From Takakia lepidozioides (Eukaryota > Plantae > Bryophyta), in NCBI GenBank assembly GCA_030704615.1, contig CM060733.1:13268001-13332000 (forward strand): DNA of 64,000 bases, given 5' to 3'. Positions within the stretch are counted from its first letter, which is position 1; every line of letters starts with the position of its first letter. Both the position numbers and the translations under genes were made by a program. The notes beneath the pieces are model-generated. The model was given only the letters and a program-made list of their open reading frames with translations. It searched no databases and was not told the origin of the DNA. This document shows positions 62,401 through 64,000 of this stretch, in pieces.

Positions 62401-63897
62401 CCCAAGGTTTCAGGTTGTAGGTAGAGACGTTGTATATTGTCTCATGGAGTTTCATTCTTTAAGTGCACAGGAACTGTACAAGGAAATCGAGGGAGTTGCA
62501 CTGCTGGCTTGAGAAGGTGGAAACAGATGCAGATCTTCCCCCACTGTTGGCAAACTAGTAGCTTGTCCTCTAGCCAACGATAGCTTGTGCACAGTCTAGA
62601 TTGTTGACATTACAGAGAAGCTGGACTGGAGCGAATTAGTAGTGTCTGTTATGGTTAGTGGGGACATTTATTATGTTCTTAACCTGATGATGTTTCAACT
62701 ATCTATCTTTTCAATTATTCCTCCATGTCTCAAGTTTTTCTGTAGAGAAACCTCCCCGCAGGAGTACAGGTTCCTTAGGATTGGATGATGGTAATTGGGT
62801 CTCTAGCTGACAAGAATTTAATTGATCAACAGGAACGGAGAAAGTTTGGGCCTTTAGGATGGAACATCCCGTATGAGTTCAATGAATCTGATTTACGTAT
62901 CAGTGTTCGCCAGCTTCGGATGTTTCTTGAAGAATATCCTGACAAGGTGCACAGTCTTTTCTAACTCTCTGCCACATAGCATCGGACGTTCTCTGCCGAA
63001 CAGATTCACCCCTCTCTCAGTTTGCAGGCACACAGCAGATGTGGCGATGAAAAAGGTGGCAAACAGCACAGACAAATGAGTTATTGGGAACCCTAGTTTG
63101 CTAAGCATACACTTTCTTTAGCAGGAGAACTTATCAGGTTGCGGTGTGAGGCAGGTCCCATACAAGGCTCTGAATTATCTGACTGGAGAGTGCAATTATG
63201 GTGGACGAGTAACAGACGATCACGACCGACGAACACTAGTTACCATACTGGCAGGGCTTTACTGTGAAGCTGTACTCTTGCCCGACTTCTCTTTTTCAGA
63301 AAGTGGTCTATTCCGTGCTCCTCCTGATGGTATGGATACATACCTTGTGCAGTCTCTGATATTATATTCAGGGACATATCAGAGGACAAAAAATGTCTGT
63401 TTTAGTGCCTCGGGGCTATGGTTGGCCTGCCAGGGCTGAGTGTTGCAAATGTATTACATCTAACCCAAAGAAGGGCCCATGAGACAGAATAAAACCACCA
63501 AACCCAGAGAACAATCAAACCACCAACATTGCAGGTACGTCCAGAGATATCTCTGACTTTATCTTGCTTTATATGCCCTGCAGGCAACTACCAAAGCTTT
63601 CTTGAGTTTATTAAGGGGCTATCAGGTCAACCACGGCCAGAGATATTTGGCTTTCATGACAATGCTGACATATCCAAAGATAGTAGTGAAGTTTCCAAGC
63701 TGCTTGTATCACTCTTATTGGCAGTACCAGCCGAAGCTTCTTCCTCTTCAGACAAGGTGGTCATGACACCTGAAGAAGTTATGCAGAATCTTTCCACGGA
63801 TGTACTGGGAAAGCTTCCGCCAAACTTTGATGTTGAACAAGTGCAACTGAAGTACCCTGTCACATACTTGGAATCTATGAACACAGTGCTCTGTCAG
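2184..63897 (+). CDS. Axonemal inner-arm dynein heavy chain (single-headed, DNAH3/7/12-like); partial multi-exon gene, 53 exons in window
   Basis: Exons splice in phase to 9909 nt with no stop. Motifs: [27 protein letters not shown] (linker; IAD-3 type), GPAGTGKT (AAA1), GPTGTGKS (AAA3), GVGGSGRQ (AAA4), RWPLMIDPQ (AAA5), SLGQGQG (AAA6), [18 protein letters not shown]- and C-termini outside window. Confidence 0.97.
2535..2990 (-). mobile_element. Two tandem LINE family B 3' ends
   Basis: (GAAAT)n GGTACTTTATAACGTCC...AAGCTC..GAGCTT terminus; C-terminal zinc finger remnant. Confidence 0.85.
3039..3743 (-). mobile_element. LINE family A, 5'-truncated, inserted into a family B copy
   Basis: TSD AGAAGAAAGAGA at 3027-3038 and 3744-3755; near-identical to 822-1736. 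Confidence 0.92.
3756..4365 (-). mobile_element. LINE family B, degenerate 3' fragments
   Basis: [20 protein letters not shown] motif; second tail at about 4290-4360. Confidence 0.82.
4390..4930 (-). mobile_element. Degenerate LTR-retrotransposon gag-like fragment
   Basis: CCHC knuckle [18 protein letters not shown], acidic spacer, [13 protein letters not shown]; frames disrupted. Confidence 0.6.
4945..7095 (-). mobile_element. Cluster of degenerate family B and related LINE fragments
   Basis: Repeated LIRRELMEL / KLHFY / [10 protein letters not shown] and FFSCPAYY remnants; B tails at about 5672, 6548 and 7015. Confidence 0.75.
7304..7416 (+). CDS. Dynein HC exon 2
   Basis: tattag|[37 protein letters not shown]|gtacgt; phase 0/2. 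Confidence 0.8.
7725..7982 (+). CDS. Dynein HC exon 3
   Basis: tgtag|FMFAAPNE...WPKRV...AVLLE|gtatgc; phase 2/2. Confidence 0.85.
8385..8870 (-). mobile_element. Old, diverged LINE family A copy
   Basis: Colinear similarity to 831-1370 (e.g. ccagatttcctctagaaa, gcatcaatctgctgtgtgt). Confidence 0.75.
9612..10699 (-). mobile_element. LINE family B (RTEX-like), 5'-truncated 1.1-kb copy
   Basis: RFRVGSH..RIETGRW..L.REDR.C..C...ETEEHF..YCP.Y...R C-terminal signature; hairpin and (ATTTC)n tail. Confidence 0.9.
11099..11520 (-). mobile_element. LINE family B 3' fragment
   Basis: Same zinc-finger ORF end and tail. Confidence 0.88.
11910..11985 (+). CDS. Dynein HC exon 4
   Basis: tacag|[25 protein letters not shown]|gtaagc; phase 2/0. 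Confidence 0.8.
12143..12370 (+). CDS. Dynein HC exon 5
   Basis: gacag|EIYNGL...INAEELLFG...DPYYKLW...KIEGD|gtatgt. Confidence 0.9.
12579..12726 (+). CDS. Dynein HC exon 6
   Basis: tgcag|VMNWFR...[14 protein letters not shown]|gtacat; phase 0/1. Confidence 0.9.
13290..14102 (+). mobile_element. Concatenated B, A, B, B, B 3' ends
   Basis: B tails ending at about 13398, 14033 and 14101; A end at 13478-13592. Confidence 0.82.
14626..14723 (+). CDS. Dynein HC exon 7
   Basis: ttcag|[33 protein letters not shown]|gtcaaa; completes NPGLRxRH motif. Confidence 0.82.
15324..15437 (+). CDS. Dynein HC exon 8
   Basis: ggcag|[38 protein letters not shown]|gtatgt. Confidence 0.9.
18111..18269 (+). CDS. 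Dynein HC exon 9
   Basis: tgtag|LAPYK...[17 protein letters not shown]...WLNA|gtcagc. Confidence 0.9.
18310..18460 (+). mobile_element. Internally deleted LINE family A 3' end
   Basis: [32 protein letters not shown] joined directly to the terminal gtcaatggccacaaggctacgg...gtacaatct. Confidence 0.85.
18637..19030. mobile_element. Head-to-head pair of family B 3' ends, tails facing outward
   Basis: (GAAAT)n at 18637, (ATTCC)n at about 19015-19030; flanked by a 65-bp direct duplication. Confidence 0.82.
19178..19366 (+). CDS. Dynein HC exon 10
   Basis: tacag|VTLLQ...[13 protein letters not shown]...AMMD|gtactg. Confidence 0.92.
19661..20032 (+). CDS. Dynein HC exon 11 (linker)
   Basis: cgcag|ATVIP...[30 protein letters not shown]...RETMR|gtttgt. 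Confidence 0.95.
20214..20417 (+). CDS. Dynein HC exon 12
   Basis: cacag|VVVQ...[11 protein letters not shown]...DLVKL|gtagga. Confidence 0.92.
20575..20910 (+). mobile_element. LINE family B 3' fragment
   Basis: [22 protein letters not shown] plus hairpin and tail. Confidence 0.87.
21234..21398 (+). CDS. Dynein HC exon 13
   Basis: gttag|VRGDL...IDVHARDVV...[10 protein letters not shown]...EGE|gttatc. Confidence 0.93.
22007..22201 (+). CDS. Dynein HC exon 14 (AAA1 Walker A)
   Basis: [20 protein letters not shown]...[16 protein letters not shown]|gttagc. Confidence 0.96.
23126..23481 (+). CDS. Dynein HC exon 15 (AAA1 Walker B, sensor I)
   Basis: [10 protein letters not shown]...[10 protein letters not shown]...[23 protein letters not shown]; phase 0/2. 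Confidence 0.96.
23652..23751 (+). CDS. Dynein HC exon 16
   Basis: tgcag|EITLYSFG...LCSEQLSSQ|gtgcac. Confidence 0.93.
24470..24661 (+). CDS. Dynein HC exon 17
   Basis: [10 protein letters not shown]...NLPKFL...SDLFPGV|gtatgt. Confidence 0.95.
24969..25213 (+). CDS. Dynein HC exon 18 (AAA2 P-loop)
   Basis: KLPPPDY...[16 protein letters not shown]...; phase 0/2. Confidence 0.93.
25420..25856 (+). mobile_element. Three tandem family B 3' ends
   Basis: Three (ATTTC)n-terminated units. Confidence 0.83.
26089..26281 (+). CDS. Dynein HC exon 19
   Basis: [25 protein letters not shown]...[15 protein letters not shown]|gtgagt. Confidence 0.96.
26950..27030 (+). CDS. Dynein HC exon 20
   Basis: [27 protein letters not shown]|gtgata. 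Confidence 0.95.
27408..27635 (+). CDS. Dynein HC exon 21
   Basis: [19 protein letters not shown]...VVPMQ|gtgccg. Confidence 0.94.
27804..27870 (+). CDS. Dynein HC exon 22
   Basis: tgcag|[22 protein letters not shown]|gtaagc; phase 0/1. Confidence 0.82.
29728..29870 (+). CDS. Dynein HC exon 23
   Basis: [23 protein letters not shown]...KLL|gtttgt; phase 1/0. Confidence 0.88.
30365..30696 (+). CDS. Dynein HC exon 24 (AAA3 Walker A)
   Basis: IIVPTADS...[13 protein letters not shown]; phase 0/2. Confidence 0.93.
31339..31560 (+). CDS. Dynein HC exon 25
   Basis: [13 protein letters not shown]...[23 protein letters not shown]|gtaagt. Confidence 0.95.
31960..33790 (+). mobile_element. LINE family B pseudo-copy including RT domain
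   Basis: [31 protein letters not shown], then C-terminal zinc finger and tail; frameshifted, with an internal duplication around 32750-33300. Confidence 0.9.
34043..34201 (+). CDS. Dynein HC exon 26
   Basis: WYDR...[17 protein letters not shown]; phase 2/2. Confidence 0.94.
34262..34914. mobile_element. Solo LTR (653 bp)
   Basis: TGTTG...CAACA termini; 5-bp TSD TATAC (34257-34261 / 34915-34919); second copy at 53221. Confidence 0.9.
35289..35466 (+). CDS. Dynein HC exon 27
   Basis: [19 protein letters not shown]|gtagga. Confidence 0.94.
35968..36264 (+). CDS. Dynein HC exon 28
   Basis: [17 protein letters not shown]...[12 protein letters not shown]|gtctct. Confidence 0.9.
36579..36824 (+). 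CDS. Dynein HC exon 29 (AAA4 Walker A)
   Basis: [17 protein letters not shown]...[16 protein letters not shown]. Confidence 0.95.
36870..37175 (-). mobile_element. Degenerate family B internal fragment
   Basis: [20 protein letters not shown] and AYGCEFW remnants. Confidence 0.75.
37496..37663 (+). CDS. Dynein HC exon 30
   Basis: [12 protein letters not shown]...[22 protein letters not shown]|gtaaag. Confidence 0.94.
37957..38537. mobile_element. MITE-like element with 70-bp inverted repeats
   Basis: 37957-38026 and 38468-38537 are reverse complements with 5 mismatches; AT-rich non-coding spacer. Confidence 0.7.
38956..39102 (+). CDS. Dynein HC exon 31
   Basis: VPNIFE...NLRIAL|gtttct. Confidence 0.92.
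39516..39617 (+). CDS. Dynein HC exon 32
   Basis: [34 protein letters not shown]|gtatgc. Confidence 0.95.
40362..40466 (+). CDS. Dynein HC exon 33
   Basis: [10 protein letters not shown]...FFHTSVQ|gtaaga. Confidence 0.9.
41033..41166 (+). CDS. Dynein HC exon 34
   Basis: [25 protein letters not shown]...; phase 0/2. Confidence 0.92.
41606..41729 (+). CDS. Dynein HC exon 35 (stalk CC1)
   Basis: RYEMGLMKL...LEELQPKL...DLLR|gtcaaa. Confidence 0.9.
42721..42879 (+). CDS. Dynein HC exon 36 (stalk CC1)
   Basis: VIDRET...[21 protein letters not shown]|gtgcat. Confidence 0.9.
43260..44518 (-). mobile_element. LINE family A, 5'-truncated 1.26-kb young copy
   Basis: 15-bp TSD ATTTAATAATACAGA (43245-43259 / 44523-44537); 332-aa open frame. 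Confidence 0.95.
44567..44713 (+). CDS. Dynein HC exon 37 (microtubule-binding domain)
   Basis: [33 protein letters not shown]...DPGGSGK|gtaagc. Confidence 0.94.
45505..45640 (-). repeat. (GAAAT/GGAAT)n pentamer array = extended family B tail with about 35 nt of body
   Basis: About 20 pentamers followed by GGTACTTTATAACGTCCGCGGAAAGCTC. Confidence 0.88.
46152..46270 (+). CDS. Dynein HC exon 38 (MTBD)
   Basis: [30 protein letters not shown]...|gtaagt; phase 0/2. Confidence 0.94.
48016..48223 (+). CDS. Dynein HC exon 39 (stalk CC2)
   Basis: YIANPDFEP...[23 protein letters not shown]; donor could alternatively be 3 nt earlier. Confidence 0.9.
48960..49232 (+). CDS. Dynein HC exon 40
   Basis: [16 protein letters not shown]...[17 protein letters not shown]. 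Confidence 0.94.
49625..49813 (+). CDS. Dynein HC exon 41 (AAA5)
   Basis: [17 protein letters not shown]...[10 protein letters not shown]|gtacag. Confidence 0.95.
50423..50527 (+). CDS. Dynein HC exon 42
   Basis: [11 protein letters not shown]...[10 protein letters not shown]|gtttta. Confidence 0.94.
50560..51726 (+). mobile_element. Three family B 3' fragments with family C hairpins
   Basis: Tails ending at about 50720, 51236 and 51726. Confidence 0.83.
51371..51396 (-). repeat. Interstitial plant-type telomeric repeat (TTTAGGG), about 3.7 units
   Basis: aaaccctaaaccctaaaccctaaacc on + strand. Confidence 0.85.
52015..52338. repeat. 162-bp tandem duplication
   Basis: Two near-identical units, 52015-52176 and 52177-52338. 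Confidence 0.9.
52659..52862 (+). CDS. Dynein HC exon 43
   Basis: [19 protein letters not shown]...[17 protein letters not shown]. Confidence 0.95.
53221..53979. mobile_element. Solo LTR, second copy, nested in a family B 3' end
   Basis: TGTTGA...TCAACA termini; TSD AACAA (53216-53220 / 53980-53984); colinear with 34262-34914. Confidence 0.9.
53985..54380 (-). mobile_element. Family B fragments (remainder of LTR-interrupted copy plus another copy)
   Basis: Continues the B sequence broken at 53220. Confidence 0.82.
54884..55099 (+). CDS. Dynein HC exon 44
   Basis: [25 protein letters not shown]...EGNILDDE. Confidence 0.95.
55625..55769 (+). CDS. Dynein HC exon 45
   Basis: VLSQSK...[12 protein letters not shown]...LYFCVS; phase 0/1. 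Confidence 0.93.
56486..56733 (+). CDS. Dynein HC exon 46
   Basis: [13 protein letters not shown]...[16 protein letters not shown]. Confidence 0.94.
57134..58064 (-). mobile_element. LINE family A, 5'-truncated, one frameshift
   Basis: TSD CTTTATAACGA(A/G)AGA at 57119-57133 and 58065-58079, itself within a family B tail remnant. Confidence 0.92.
58481..58550 (+). pseudogene. tRNA-like sequence in 5' LTR (2-nt deletion in T arm)
   Basis: A box TAGCTCAGTGG; shortened B box GGTTCAACC. Confidence 0.75.
58686..58757 (+). pseudogene. tRNA-like 72-nt cloverleaf in 3' LTR
   Basis: GGACGGG TA GCTC AGTGGTA GAGC A CCCCA CCGGAAT GGGGG AGGTC CTAGG TTCAATC CCTAG CCCGACC A; D and T arms perfect, anticodon loop non-canonical. 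Confidence 0.85.
58915..59022 (+). CDS. Dynein HC exon 47
   Basis: tacag|LRFLMTGG...[15 protein letters not shown]|gtaccc. Confidence 0.9.
59580..59663 (+). CDS. Dynein HC exon 48
   Basis: aacag|[28 protein letters not shown]|gtatgt. Confidence 0.85.
60906..60950 (-). mobile_element. Family B micro-insertion at a splice acceptor
   Basis: (GAAAT)4 GGTGCTTTATAACG between two copies of AATTGCAGAGA. Confidence 0.85.
60959..61042 (+). CDS. Dynein HC exon 49 (followed by a GC donor)
   Basis: tgcag|RETFPMPWN...LLRCIRPDK|gcagag. Confidence 0.88.
61323..61913 (+). CDS. Dynein HC exon 50 (AAA6)
   Basis: [12 protein letters not shown]...SLGQGQGP...[12 protein letters not shown]...FRLWLTSYP...KMTNEPP.GLKAN. 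Confidence 0.96.
62833..62946 (+). CDS. Dynein HC exon 51
   Basis: [28 protein letters not shown]. Confidence 0.95.
63155..63329 (+). CDS. Dynein HC exon 52
   Basis: [26 protein letters not shown]; phase 0/1. Confidence 0.95.
63584..63897 (+). CDS. Dynein HC exon 53 (C-terminal domain)
   Basis: [12 protein letters not shown]...[16 protein letters not shown]|gtgtgt. Confidence 0.93.
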
Positions 63898-64000
63898 GTG
63901 TGTTGTGGCAGTTCTATCTGTGTCTTAAACTAATGCTTTTGTAATCTACATCAGAAATGAGATAGAAGTGTACTGCTGCTGTTTGGTATTATTCGAATCC

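Overview
Eukaryotic (green-lineage-like; plant-type TTTAGGG repeats present) genomic window lying entirely inside one + strand axonemal inner-arm dynein heavy chain gene (single-headed, DNAH3/7/12-like). I traced 53 exons (2184-63897) by hand; they splice in phase into an uninterrupted 9909-nt / 3303-aa frame covering linker, AAA1-4, stalk/MTBD, AAA5-6 and the start of the C-terminal domain. Both gene ends lie outside the window. About 85% of the window is intron, packed with 5'-truncated non-LTR retrotransposon pieces: family A (ORF runs to the 3' end, (CT)n tail), family B (RTEX-like, (ATTTC)n tail) and an older family C seen only as a 3' hairpin. There are also two solo LTRs, a MITE-like inverted repeat and a gag remnant. 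The most unusual item is a 350-bp TRIM-type LTR element (58429-58778; TSD, PBS, PPT) whose LTRs each contain a near-complete tRNA cloverleaf with Pol III A/B boxes, a tRNA analogue of the 5S-carrying Cassandra elements. Other observations: LINE target-site duplications that consistently end in AGA (one duplicated a dynein splice acceptor), telomeric repeats joined in cDNA polarity to a LINE truncation, a covarying 3' stem-loop shared between LINE families, and weak donors with G-rich acceptors. All coordinates were read by eye and no database searches were run.
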